Positions 1 through 13,429 of a stretch of 64,000 nucleotides of DNA are shown piece after piece. The position numbers were made by a program, and so were the translations under genes. This DNA is from Eledone cirrhosa (lineage: Eukaryota), in NCBI GenBank assembly GCA_964016885.1, contig OZ024758.1:18042001-18106000 (forward strand), in the 5' to 3' direction. Every line of letters starts with the position of its first letter. The stretch's first letter is position 1. A model generated the notes under the pieces. That model saw nothing but the letters and a program-made list of their open reading frames with translations. It did no database searches and had not been told where the DNA came from.

Positions 1-484
1 TTCGCCTACAAATATTCGAGGTGGTAACACCAATTTCCTATCGATCAATCACCACGTAATTTTAAAAAATATTCATTGTCTTCTTTGCAGCTTTATTTCT
101 ATGTATTTCTTGTTTACCAACCATTTTCTGTTTGGCTTTGTTTTTTTTTTCTATAGAGGCATTATACTTCATAATGTTTTATTTCAATGTGTTCTGAATT
201 TGAATTTCTTTTCTTTTCCTTTGATAATTATTTATGTCTTTCCATTTTTGCCATGTTTCTTTGATTGTGCTTGTATTTATTATGTTACAACTTCAACAAC
301 ACGTGATGTATTTTTATTCTCTCTTTAACTCTTGCCATTACCTCACATTAATTACTCTATACGTATGTCTCAATGTATCTATATCTATATATAAAAAAAA
401 AATATATATGTTTGTGTCTATTATATATATATATATATATATGCACGTGTGTGTTTGTGTATATATATATATTTTGGGTTGTGA

Positions 485-580
<96 letters not shown>

Positions 581-582
<2 letters not shown>

Positions 583-674
583 CTTAGTGGGTAGAGCGTT
601 GAGCTTAGAATCCTGAGGTTGTGAGTTCGATCCTCGGACCAGGGTATGTTTTGTGTTCTTGAGTAAAACACTTA
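581..674 (+). mobile_element. tRNA-derived SINE head fragment
   Basis: A-box-like (t)AGCTTAGTGG and B-box GAGTTCGATCC, followed by tgtgttcttgagtaaaacactt body typical of SINEs; no acceptor stem. Confidence 0.75.
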
Positions 675-689
675 CATATATATATATGT

Positions 690-733
690 AATCCTTATCG
701 AGCCCTCTTCGGGTTGATAGTCTTTACACTTTT
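690..733 (+). mobile_element. Isolated 3' tail of fold-back family C
   Basis: aatccttatcgagccctcttcgggttgatagtctttacac matches 57881-57918 (+) and 51100-51145 (-). Confidence 0.65.
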
Positions 734-943
734 GCAGTATCGTTAGAGAGTCGGACACCATGCTTTGCAGCATATAGTTACGGCCCTTTATGATCTGAGT
801 TCAAATCCCGCCGAAGTTAACTTTGCCTTTTATCCTTACGGGGATCGAGAAAAATAAAGTAAGCCACGCACTGGGGTCGATTTAATTGACTTTACCCCCC
901 GCCCCCCAATTGATGGCCTTGTGCCTAATATAAATAAGAAACC

Positions 944-947
<4 letters not shown>
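734..947 (+). mobile_element. SINE family 1 (tRNA head + conserved central domain)
   Basis: gcagtatcg..agag..tcggac head, B box gagttcaaatcc, core aactttgccttt(t/c)atccttacgggg..gataaaataaagta, tail ggccttgtgcc..agaaac; ~20 copies in window. Confidence 0.9.
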
Positions 948-988
<41 letters not shown>

Positions 989-1627
989 TGATGTTTTCGT
1001 CAATCATCATTAACTTCATATGTCTCGTTCTCTCGAAAGAGAAATCATCGAATATAGTAAACCATTTCTATCTTGGAAAACATCCCACAAATAATTCATT
1101 CATAATAAATCGGTCGTTTATAATTCAGATGTGTTCTACGCCGTTGATGTCTTTTAAGAGTGAGTTAATATACTTTCAAATATAAGTATATTTCTCTTGT
1201 TGAAGACAAGAATCATATTAGTATTTCTAAGTTTGAATACATTATTTCCTATAATATTATATATTTCAATCATCGCCATACGTTATTTACTATAAATACA
1301 GGAATTACATGAGATTAACATGTCATAATAAAAACTAAAATACAATTATATAACGCAATACTTATTATGTAGCTCTTATAAATCTTATTAGTATAGCGTA
1401 TATATTCGTTCTTTAGAAATTATCTGACTGTAATTATCTTACTACAACATTTTTATAAAGACTATGATATTACATATGAAATATGGACTACATTAAATCT
1501 ACTTCAGAAATCCAATATAATGCTGATAATATCAATCATATCCATATTTAATAATATTTCATGATAGGTTATGTTTATATATCACTTTGTAAAATTGTAA
1601 AATTCCAACTGAATATAGGATGGAATT

Positions 1628-1663
<36 letters not shown>

Positions 1664-1742
1664 GAGAGAGAAATATATAAATATATATATATATATGTAT
1701 ATATCGAGAGAGAGAGAAATATATCTATATATCGAGATAGAG

Positions 1743-1837
<95 letters not shown>

Positions 1838-1869
1838 GTGACAAATATATATATATACATATATATATA

Positions 1870-1962
1870 TAAGTGTTTTACTCAAGAACACAACACAAAC
1901 CCTGGTCCAAGAATCGAACTCACAACCTCAGGATTCTAAGCTCAACCCTCTACCCACTAAGC

Positions 1963-1963
<1 letters not shown>
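1870..1963 (-). mobile_element. tRNA-derived SINE head fragment (mirror of 581-674)
   Basis: Reverse complement of 581-674 with a few substitutions. Confidence 0.75.
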
Positions 1964-2009
<46 letters not shown>

Positions 2010-2142
2010 ATGTGTGTGTGTGTGTGTGGGGGTGTGGGGGTGTGTGTGTGTGTGTGTTCAAAACCAAATATATCTATATATATACATATATCGAAACAGA
2101 GAAAAATATATATATATATATATATATATATCGAGAGAGACA

Positions 2143-2173
<31 letters not shown>

Positions 2174-2457
2174 GTGTGTGGGTATGTATATGTGTGTTTG
2201 TGTATGTCTATGGGAAGATCAGCATGTGTCTGTGTGGGTGTAAAACTAATATTTATTGAAGGAATTACTATTAAAGTATATATCTTTTATTTACATTCGT
2301 TTCACTAGTGAAACAAGGAATGAAAGACAGTTTATACAGAACATTAACAGATATACATATATTATCTTAATATTACCTTTCATTTTAATACTTTTAACCT
2401 ATATAAACTTCTTAGAAACCGAAAGATTTGTGCAAACACAAACACTCACACTCACAC

Positions 2458-2566
2458 TATAAAGAATCAGAACCCGGACAGCTGAGCTCTTGCCGTTTCA
2501 TCAGCTAGTTCAAGACTAGCTGTTGAAATGGCAATAGCTCATGCGCCGGGCTCCCGACTCTTTATA
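2458..2566. mobile_element. Fold-back mini-element family A (diverged, no tail)
   Basis: Imperfect palindrome tataaagaatcag...gctgagctcttgccgtttcatcagctagt-tcaag-actagctgttgaaatggcaatagctc...gactctttata; homologous to 27821-27940 and 61288-61407. Confidence 0.8.
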
Positions 2567-2860
2567 ATATAACACACACACACACTCATATATATATATA
2601 TATATATATCATAAAACATGTCTATAGAATCACAAGATAAAATATATACTATTTCCTCTCCCAATTAGCATAATTAACTATATAAAAATCCGAATAGACC
2701 AGGCTATACGAATGAGGTTTCTATAAAAGGAATCTCCGACAAATAACCAAAACTAGCGCTTCGCGTCGGCCGTAGCGGAATATTTATCGTGATTTGCATG
2801 GATCCGTAATGATATATATTCTCATTTTATTGAACACACACACACACACACCCACACACC

Positions 2861-3301
<441 letters not shown>

Positions 3302-4544
3302 TCAATGAAATGAGAATATATATCATTACGCATCCATGCAAATTTCTGTATATTCATTGATATGCTTTGCAAAATCTATTTAAGAAACAACGTTAGATGA
3401 TATTCTATACATTTGTTATATGACTGATGAAGATATCTATGTGATATAGTATACAGTGCAAACCTAGTTTCATGAATATATATACTTATCTATAAACATA
3501 CAACAATCAATGCTATTCTAACTTCTACGACGGAATCTATTGGAGACAAGATATCATTGACTAAACAGTCAAACGATTTTAGATTTCGTTATTTTTTTGC
3601 TACTTTTAACTGTTAACAAACTAATGGAACGTGATTCATCGTTTGAAAACAGTTTCAGGTTCGTGTATTATCAGAATTATGCTATGGTATCACTTGAAGT
3701 GTTTTGGCGCGTCAACACTTTTCTAAACTTAGACTTTTTAAAGTAATGTTTAACGCATTTAGATTGAAAAGATAATCGTTGAAGATCCTTTTTCTGATAC
3801 TACAGTTTGACTTTGTATTTCCTTTCATTGCTGTTCGTGTGTTGTGTTTTGTTTTGTTTTCAAGCTGAATTGTATTTTATTATTTTGTTTACATCGTTTT
3901 TAAATAAACAATGATATCGTCAAAGTTTCTATGGAAATACACACTTAATCGACTTAGTGCTCTCGCTGGCTACCTTTTGCATTCATACAAGTGTTTAAAG
4001 AAATCAATAGCTTAAAGGAGATTCAAATGATAAAATTCACGATATAATAGATTTTCGACGTGAATGAAACTTGCTTTTACTGCAGTCGCCTTGATCTATT
4101 TGTAGATGTTTGAAGACATAAACAATAACACTTTTATTGCAATTTTATGCCGTCTAGTTTACGTCATAAAATAAAATGTTATGGTGTTACTCATTGCATT
4201 ATTAGATGAATTAAACATATTGCCTGGAAAATAGCAAACAACGAAATTACCATTTTAGTGCATTTCATATATAAAAAAACTTGATTATCTATATTATTAA
4301 TATATTCAATATAATACACAGCTGTGCATAACTTTCCAATGATATGCATATATAATAATAATATGGATGGATATTATTGTTTGTGTTATATATATATATA
4401 TATTCATTGTCTCTGTCCAATGCATTGATGAGTGCAGCTCTCTGCAATTTAGTTATGTGCAGAGTTTTGTATCTTCGATTTTATGACCTACCGATATAAT
4501 AGCCTTGTGTATTTGTCCGTAACGCACTAAAGATGGCTGGGCAA

Positions 4545-4690
4545 GGGAGGGGTGATAACGTCGACTGAGGAAGGAAGGGGTGATAAAGTTGACCGAGGAA
4601 GGAAGGGGTGATTACGTTGACTGAGGAAGGGAAGGGGTGATTACGTCGACTGAGGAAGGGAGATGTGATTACGTTGACTGAAGAAGGAAG
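4545..4690. repeat. ~27-28 bp minisatellite, ~5 units
   Basis: Unit gaggaaggaaggggtgattacgtygact. Confidence 0.85.
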
Positions 4691-4779
4691 TGGAACAACT
4701 ATAGAAGTCCAGAATTCTAAGTTTCATCACAGCTGTGTGTTTGTACACATGTATCACTTGTGTGAGTGAGCACGAAGGA

Positions 4780-4826
4780 ACCAACGAACCAACGAACCAA
4801 CGAACCAACGAACCAACGAATCAACC
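4780..4826. repeat. (ACCAACGA)n octamer repeat
   Basis: About five tandem copies. Confidence 0.9.
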
Positions 4827-5689
4827 AAACAAAACAATAAAACATCTCTTTTTAATATTATGTTTATGGCATGGAGCCAAGTAGTAAATATAAAATGTAT
4901 GAGGATATTAACTAGTATTACGTCTGGGTTACATGCAGAGCCAACTTTGGCATTTGACTTCAGCAATCGTCTCAGGAACTCAGTGTTCGCCAACAGACAC
5001 ACTATATAGTACTAAGATGTCATCTTTTTCGTTTATAGACAGTTAATGGTAGTTATGAATGATAATCTCGAAGGGAATGTGATCATCGACGACAACAATC
5101 TATGAAACCTCTTCTTGACGACATTCACCTCCTTCGTTATGTATAAGTTTCAAAAAATGATATATTGACTGTTAAATTGGTTATTGTCTGATCGAGATAG
5201 GGAATAAAGCCACATCTCTGGTGGGGCTCTCAGTACATGATCCTTTGTGTAATGAGCGCGGGATGAGAACCCTTTTTCCTTCAAGCATAGGTCCACTATC
5301 CTCGGTTTGCTGAATTGCGGAATTATTTTGAACAACTGCCATCAGGGGCTATACTAATATGCCAAATGGCTGATTCCTCAACTCGTGGCTATGGCTATGA
5401 AATTGGTTTAGGATCATAGTTTATTGGTTTGTAGACAGCTTTCTCCATCAACGGCAAGCCCTCATGAACTATATAGATACCACCCCTATAGAAGGATAAG
5501 TTTAAAAATGGAAGTTCTGTTGTTAATAAGTAATATTAAAAAAAGACAGTGAAGGTGGAACAACTGATTTGGTTAACTGTGTTTATATTGCGAAAACAAC
5601 TGAGTGAAGACATTATATTGTCTTCAAAAACAACTTGAGTTTGCTTCCAAAGTTTGAAAGATCCTTATTTTTGTCTACCCTGCATGTAG

Positions 5690-6084
5690 TATGTGTATTA
5701 TGGAAGCGAAATATGGAGGCTTTCATCCTAACAACAAAAGTATATTGATGGCACTTACACTCGCCTGCTTCAACGCATTCAGAACATAAGCTGGCGACAT
5801 CTGACTTTGAGAGATATATATATGCCGGTCTCCCTCGCATATCTGTCGTTGTACGTAAAAGGAGAGTAAGATTTGCTTGCCAATGCCATCGTGCCAACTA
5901 TGATGCTGTGTCCCTATTAGTGCTTTGGAAACCAAAACCAGTCACTAATAACAGGGGGCGAAAGCTCTCCTACCCTGATATCATCTCCAGAGATTCTGGT
6001 ATTGAAATCCAGGGCTTGGCAACGGCAAGGAACGACAGACCCACGTGGAGATCAATTGTTGAGTCCATTTCGGCTGAGGCCTTC

Positions 6085-6126
<42 letters not shown>
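5690..6126 (+). mobile_element. RTE-like LINE, 5'-truncated 3' end with (TGA)n tail
   Basis: Translates YGSEIW..IDGTYTRLLQRIQNISWR..RRVRFACQCHR..LVLWKPK..RGRKLSYPD..NDRPTWRSIV, then stop and (TGA)n. Confidence 0.85.
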
Positions 6127-6269
6127 CGTGTTTTATTTATTATCACATCTCTAAAGTGTTGGTGATACTGTCCCCACTTATTTTACTGAATATAAATCCT
6201 GTAATGTATTCTGTTTATATATCATATTTAATATAGAAATGACTTCGTATGAACCGATCAGGGAGTATT

Positions 6270-6330
6270 CTAGTGATTTCATAAGAATGAAACAGTTCTA
6301 GTCCTGTAAAAGCCATTTATATATTAAATA
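6270..6330 (+). mobile_element. Remnant of fold-back family B with decayed hammerhead core
   Basis: ctagtgatttcataagaatgaaacagttctagtcctgta matches arm 37150-37190. Confidence 0.65.
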
Positions 6331-6439
6331 TTATGTTTACACAAAATTAATGTATTGAATCCCTTTTAAACTGTAGTTATCTCTGTTTTAACTCGGGATT
6401 TACATATATATGTGTGTATATATATCTATATATATATAA

Positions 6440-6499
<60 letters not shown>

Positions 6500-6653
6500 A
6501 TGTATATGTGTGTGGGTGCATATGTATGTGTGTATATATATATGTGTGTGTGTGTGTTTGTGTATATATATATATATGTGTGAGTGTATATATATATGTT
6601 TGTGTGTGTGTTTAATCCAAACTAAGAACATTATAATCACAATCAATATTACT

Positions 6654-6808
6654 GGCATAGAGTTACCCCCCTTTACGATCTGAGTTCAAATCCCGCCGAG
6701 GTTAACTTTGCCTTTCATCCTTACGGGGGGGGGGGGGGGGCGATAAAATAAAGTACCAGCAATGCACTGGGTAATTGCTGGCATTGTGCCAAAAATAGAA
6801 ACAATTAT
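6654..6808 (+). mobile_element. SINE family 1 (5'-truncated)
   Basis: B box, core and tail as in 734-947. Confidence 0.85.
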
Positions 6809-8149
6809 TATATTACTGTAATTTGTAAGTTGGCATAATTGACAAACTGAGGCAGAAATATAATTTTGTATATATCCGTTGGATATATCTCTCTGGTGGG
6901 ACTTCATACCACTTCACCGTTCCGTGGAAAATATATGTTCATTGTAAGGTAATGGGATCATTCTCCTGTTGACGCTTACGGATATATGTTGAGTGACGCT
7001 CGAACTTTGCCGCGTTGGAAAAGTCAGATCATGTATTTTGATGTAGATCAGTCAATTATTGATACAGCTGAAATATGGGATTCAGAAAGTAGCTGCTCCT
7101 GCTCAGAGAAATATGATTAAGTCTTCATAGCCTTAGAATGTACTTGTAAACAAATAATTGCTAATAGTGTGTTTGAACGTGATTATAAGCCACTTGAGAA
7201 CATATAACTACGTTTTCTAATATATCTGATTTAAGGAATAATGTTGAAGTGAGAATAGCGGAAATCTTCATTGATATTGCTATTATACTAAAATCTTAAT
7301 AACACAAAGTTATGTATCCTCCTATGTCCACACAAAATATGGCCACTAGCCAAATATCATATAACAGTAAATATTAGAAATATCAAAATTATGTAACCAT
7401 TTGATAGGCCTATTTATTGGGGTACTTACACGCTTCAGGCATAAGAAGATGATTAATAACTAGTCACGAACAACAACTAATATTTAATGTAAAGCGAGTA
7501 GGAGATGACGTATTTTATTACACACATATGTATGTATAAATATATATATATATATATGTGTGTGTGTATGACATAGAATTCCATTGAAAGGGAAAAAATG
7601 AGGGATGAGCTAACATCTAAGATCACTTTAAATCATTGCATCTCATGCTGAGAGGTTTAATTATAAATAATACATCATTAGCCTATATTAATTCAAAGAA
7701 CCCTTATTCAAATATCACAAGATACGGCAATATGTTGATTAGCAGCAGGCTTCGGCATTAAAAACTTCATTGATTACGAAAATGGGTTGCCATTCCAGAT
7801 TTTCCATGTCATGTAATTTTTGGAACAAATACTGTAATAAATGAAATGTTAAAGCCTCATACTGTTTCAATATCTTGTTGATATTAATGATCTATATGGA
7901 ACCAGTAAAATGTATTTGATAAGAATCTAGGCAATTAACACTCTACGGCCTCATGAGCTTCCACCATGATGAGAAATCGAATGAATGCTTCAGCCAGAAG
8001 TATCGTTGAAAATAAATAAAGCTATCATGTTAAGTATGATTAAATTAGGATATTTAAGATATATCTACTAGATAGAATCATTCGCTTCTACTTACATAAT
8101 TTAAGTTAAAAGTCTATAGCGGTATAAATCCAATTTACGATGAAACGTA

Positions 8150-8450
8150 GGTGCCGTTCTCATAAATAGTGACAAACGCAAGCTGAAAATAATTCTACCT
8201 CTCCTTGATGAAATAACACTTAAATGCATAACAATAGGAACAAATAGTGTCCAGATCCCCGAGGAAGTTCCATGTGTTCTGCGAACATGAAAGTATTGGA
8301 TAACGCGAGCAGATTCCTCGCGAGACTATCACTGGTTGATGTTTCGCAAAAGAACGAGAGTTTATGTATATATATTATTTAGACGCAGCTGAATTTGGAC
8401 GTTTTGCCCAATATCGTGTTATCTAATACCATATCCAAAATTTGAGTATA
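8150..8450 (-). pseudogene. Heavily decayed LINE (CR1/L2-like) reverse transcriptase remnant
   Basis: Minus strand ELPRGSGHYLFLLLCI resembles the GVPQGSVLGPLLFLLYIND motif; stops and indels present. Confidence 0.45.
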
Positions 8451-8516
8451 TTAATAACATTATTTAACATAAATTTGAATGTTTGCAATTTCTCTCCTTT
8501 TTGTCCATTATTATTT

Positions 8517-8881
8517 GTGGATTAGCAGTATCGGTAGAGGGTCGGACGCCATGCTTTGACGGCCCTTGCCATTCTCAGTTCAAATCCCGCCGAGGTTAAC
8601 TTTGCCTTTTATCCTTACGGGGTCAATAAAATAAAGTATCAGAAATGTACTGGTTAATTGCTGGCCTTGTGCCAAAAGTAGAAACAATTATGTGTGGATT
8701 GGCAGTATCGGTACAGGATCGGTCACCTTGCTTTCCAGCTTAGAGTTACGTCTCTTTATGATCTGAGTTCAAAATCCCGCCGAGGTGAACTTTGCCTTTC
8801 ATCTTTACGGGGTCGATAAAATAAAGTACCAGTAATGCACTGTAATAATTGCTGGCCTTTTGCCAAAAGTAGAAACTGTTA
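8517..8881 (+). mobile_element. SINE family 1, head-to-tail dimer (8517-8690, 8694-8881)
   Basis: Two consecutive gtggatt..gcagtatcggta...agaaac units. Confidence 0.9.
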
Positions 8882-8954
8882 TTTATTTTTCTAAAGCTAT
8901 TCCATGCTAGTTTTATACAATTCCTAGAAGAATGGTCCGGCGTGGCTCGGGATT

Positions 8955-9134
8955 CTAAACATAAATTGGGATGGTTATCCCTCCTTTCTGAAACAGTAGA
9001 GAGAAGTACGGAATATCTCGGCCTTGCGACCGTCGAATATCAGATTCCACTGACGATTCGTTTGCCCGCCTTGTTCTTTTTCTTGCCGATTTCGCAGTAT
9101 TTCGGCCAATGGAGTATCTCTTCCTTCGAGGCAT
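8955..9134 (-). pseudogene. Helitron RepHel N-terminal remnant
   Basis: After a ttttag acceptor-like site: MPRRKRYSIGRNTAKSARKRTRRANESSVESDIRRSQ, then LLFQKG / DNHPNL across a frameshift, resembling the YPLLFPxGExGYH Rep motif. Confidence 0.65.
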
Positions 9135-9396
9135 GACCTAAAAGGAGGACGAAGTACACTAAGACTAAATGGTAGAGTAAGGAGTAATCTCGTCAGTGAT
9201 GCATATGATTACCGAACAATTGACTATGTAATTGCTGGCCTTGTGCCAAAAGTAGTGGGACTTTTTGGGTGGCATATCGACAGTAACAATGACGATAAGC
9301 CGTCTGTGTTTTCGTGAAATAAATACAGTTGTTTATATTTTGTTTTTGTGTATTCAAAAATATCTGTACACGAATATATATATAAATATATATATA

Positions 9397-9458
9397 TTAA
9401 AATAACAGATTGAAGTTTAAGCAAATAATCGCTGCTTTCACCCTTAACAGGATCATCT
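9397..9458 (-). mobile_element. Remnant of fold-back family C with decayed hammerhead core
   Basis: Minus strand CAGATGA-tcctgttaagggt-GAAA-gcagcgatt...atctgttatttt; homologous to 57737-57838. Confidence 0.7.
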
Positions 9459-11328
9459 GAAACAAAAAAAACATCAATCTGTAAATATTTCGTAAATATT
9501 TCGAAAAACGTTGCAACCGAAGGAAAACAGGATGACGATACTATGGTTCGTGAAGACGTTTTCATAATGTCATAATGCAGACAGCCAGCCATACATACTT
9601 ATATTATAAGGGCGCGACGTTATAGCTATGTATCTATCTAACACGACAGACTAAGAAAGAGAGAGAGATTGCTCACCTAATGCGGTCCCTAGGCCATTGG
9701 AAATTTGAAATATTTTTTGCTCAAAACATTCACACGACAATAAGTATTACATGATTAAAATTTGAAATAAATCGGTTGGGTGGTTCTCGAGTTTCAGAGA
9801 GACAGACAGGCAGGCAGACATACATTCTCTGTTTCATATATATATAGATATTGCTTGACATGTAGGATGTGTTAACTAAGGATAACGCCACTTTGTTTCA
9901 ACATTTTCTGTCTTTGATCTTTGTGTATAAGTCGTGAAATTAAGATCTTAACATTCCCAAAGTAATGATACTGAATCGATAAATATTTGTTTGCATGAAG
10001 TACATTCTTGAATTTGTATTATATACATTACTATCATTTATATTAGACGTTACGCACGAAACTCGGTTAACTTATTCAATTCATTGTCATTTAAGAAAAC
10101 AAACATATCGAGCTTTGAATGTTAATGTTCCATATTATAATTATTATTTCCTAAAAATATTTCACAATAAACCTCATTTACACAGTGTATTAAGGTTGAG
10201 AGACAATAATGTGTCTGCAAAATCTAAACGCGTTTCTTAATAATTACTCACATAACCCAAATGAAACACTATACACGGTTTTCTAGAGTAGTTTCCCTCC
10301 TTACTATCATACTAATATAACATCATAGTGAAACAGTTTCCAAATACATTCATACAGGTACGTTACCTTTCATTCCAGGATTTTTATAAACGTTCTCTAG
10401 CGTTCTATTTCTTGTTTTATATACTCCTTTGCTTATATTTACCACATATTTCTATATATTAATGTTTACAAATCTGCTTTGAAATGAATTAAATGTTTCG
10501 CAACTAATGATATTTTCATATATTTTGGAAATTATAGCAAGCAAAATTACTTTCGTTATTGGGTCCATGAGAAAATAAAGTATTCCTAATCCGAGAGATA
10601 TATTTGATTTATTTAACAAATATGTGTATTATGAGCATTGAATTAATGTTATTACTTCTATTTAAACCAAACCCGTCAATTATATTTATATAATTATAAA
10701 GTATATCAAGATTTCTAAATATACTTTTCTTCGTTCCTATTTGTCCAATATATTTTATAATTATGTGTGGGGTATCAACTAGTACGTTATGCAGTAGATA
10801 AATAGATACCTACAACATTGTTCAGAAATGCTTTAGTTATTATGAATAATTAGGTAAACATTCACATTTTCATCACGTATTTAATTGCTATAATTACATA
10901 ATTATTATCATGTTCCATTTCATACCTTTCTAAACATATTACCGGTTTTTATTCCAATTGCTTAATGAAATCCATTTACAGTTTCAATTCTATAATTCTG
11001 TATGATAATAGTCATTCTTAACATATCATTTTCCTCGGAATATATAATTGTACTTCCTTTCTACAACTATAACACTATATTTAACTATACAGTTGTACAA
11101 ATATGTAAGACGACTATAAATATATCTACAGGTTTTGATTTTTCTAGTAGTCATTGACAAACGTTCGTTAACAACAAGAGGGATTTTATCGATACTCACA
11201 TTGAAATGTATATATAAGTATTTAATGATTTGTTTCCGCTATTAACATCGTGGATACCTAAACGTATTTGTGAGTGGATGATAATAAAATTATAATAACA
11301 TAATTATATTATTAATATTATTATTTTT

Positions 11329-11743
11329 GGCGGTGGATTATCAGAGTCGGTAGAGGGTCAGAGGCCATCCTTTGCAGCATAGAGGTACGGTCCTTTACGG
11401 TCTGATTTCAAATCCCACCGAGGTTAACTTTGCCTTTCATCCTTACAGAATCGATAAAATAAAGTACCTGTCACGCACTGGGGTCAATTTAATCGACTTT
11501 CCCCTCCGCAAAATGTGCTGGCCTTGTGCCTATAAAAGAAACCATTATTTTTCGCCGTGGATTAGCAGTATCGGTAGAGGGTAAGACGCCATGCTTTACA
11601 GCATAGAGCTACGGACCATTATGATCTGAGTTCAAATCCCGCCGAGGTTAACTTTGCCTTTCATCTTTACAGGGTCGATAAAATAAAGTACCACTAATAC
11701 ACTGGGATGATTGCTGACCTTGTGCCAAAATAAGAAACAATTA
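11329..11743 (+). mobile_element. SINE family 1 dimer (11329-11549, 11554-11743)
   Basis: Two full units after an (ATT)-rich tract. Confidence 0.9.
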
Positions 11744-12868
11744 ATATTAATATTATTCACTCAGGAATAGATATTTAATAATTTCACAACCAAAAGGCGA
11801 ACAACACAAACAATGTTTAAAATAATCAATGAACGTCTGAACGACAAACTTTCTTGTCAATGCATTGGGATTTTGCATTTATCATATGGTTTGTGGGGAA
11901 CTGATGTTCATCTCCACGAAAGCACCGACTGAACAAGTTTATATGTTTTAAACCAGCTTGAATTGAAGGTCACTAGTTGATATATATATTTGATGTAGAA
12001 CATCCGTGTGGTTGTTTTCTTAGAGTAATCGTAATACACCTTCATAGGTAGAAACCATAAATCACTATTAACTACTTAATCTATGGTATATATTATTGTA
12101 AATAATCTCCCCGTTCCTTATGTTTATTTAATAAGTCATGCACAAGGATAAAGCTATCTACATAGAACAAGTTATTAATTTAAATATAGAATGAGAATTC
12201 CCTGCTGTAAGCAAAGGAAGCGCTGTTGACTTGAAAATTCCTTATTGGCATACGATTTCTTTCATTCCATCAAGAGGAAATAAACCTGTTCCTAATTGTA
12301 ATTCAGGTTGGAAAAACATGTTAGTGTCTTCACTATGGGAACATTGTGTTTTAATAAAGCCTATACTAGAATGCAACTCATATGGAACATATTAGAATCT
12401 GGTCTACTGCAGTGACTAAATAATAATTTATCTCACGTAATATGGGGATTTTAAATTATCATTTTATTATCTGCGCTATCGTGGCAACGTATCAAATCAA
12501 AAATAAAGTGAATTTCTCAGTTATATTCAATATTAAACCGATTTCGTCAAATTGTTGTGATAAAAGAAATATACAAAACATACTAAATTGCAGCAATTAA
12601 GTATATATTGTGATTTAGAATATAGTTGTATCATTTAAAATTACATTGGCCATAGACCAAATCTTTTCAGCTGCTTGGAGAAATTTCTATTTTCTAATGT
12701 CATTCTAATCACCTTTAGGCGGGAGATTGATTAAGCAAATATGTTAGTAAGACCGAAATAATGTTTTGTCGGTATCGCATTAATGCTGGCTGAGGATTTA
12801 TTAGTTACAATATTCTTGTGAGAAATGACACGATGTATTAAGTATGCGTATATTAGTTTATCTGTAAA

Positions 12869-12969
<101 letters not shown>

Positions 12970-13094
12970 GACACACACACACGCATTTAAGTTAACGAGG
13001 TATCGTTTAAAGCAATCCAAGTAGAGGATATGTGTACTCTGTGTCAACGAGTGTTCTAAAGTTAGGCGTTGTTTGACTCAACAACAACTTTACT

Positions 13095-13429
13095 TACTTG
13101 TGGTGTTCGGGTGGCCGATTCCAGATAGTTCCTAGTTCAGCGGTTCCTGGAGAATTAATAATAAAGGATTGAAGAATAACACGGCTCAGATATACAGTAG
13201 GGTTTATTCCAAGTATTAACAAATGTTTCATTAGTCCGGTGTATCTAAAAACCGCTACCCGCCGTATGGTGAGGCACTCGATTCTAATTACAATCGACAC
13301 CCAACCAAATTCTCAACCAAATACGGCAGATACCGGTTTTTAAACACTCCCGGACTAATGAAACATTTTAATATTTGGAATAAACCCTATTGTACACTCT
13401 ATCCGTGTTATTCTTCACTCCTTTATTAT
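13095..13429. mobile_element. Fold-back mini-element family F (arms ~13159-13268 and ~13321-13429, probable tail on the left)
   Basis: taataaagga..gaagaataacacgg..agggtttattccaa..tgtttcattagtccgg mirrored by ccggactaatgaaaca..ttggaataaaccct..ccgtgttattcttc..tcctttatta; abuts a TA tract. Confidence 0.75.

Larger units (their letters stand above)
471..2070. repeat. Inverted duplication: arms ~471-674 and ~1870-2070 around a ~1.2 kb spacer
   Basis: ttttgggttgtgaa-(CA)n-(TA)n-agcttagtggg...gagtaaaacactta is mirrored by taagtgttttactc...cccactaagct-(TA)n-(TG)n-ttcaaaaccaaat. Confidence 0.85.
8924..9848 (-). mobile_element. Internally deleted Helitron
   Basis: Minus strand begins A|TCtatatata; (CAGA)-type microsatellite near the 5' end; ends cccgagccacgccggaccattcttCTAG; carries RepHel-like peptide; nested SINE tail (9226-9254) and PLE piece (9397-9458). 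Confidence 0.75.

Noticed and set aside
581-640. Possible tRNA gene (also 1900-1963 and the SINE heads)
   Set aside because: Has A/B boxes but no acceptor stem or terminator, and continues into SINE body.
4545-4690. CRISPR-like periodicity
   Set aside because: Units are contiguous with no unique spacers; eukaryotic minisatellite.
6952-7120. Protein-looking stretch WDHSPVDAYGYMLSDARTLPRWK
   Set aside because: Short, stop-bounded and no recognisable family.
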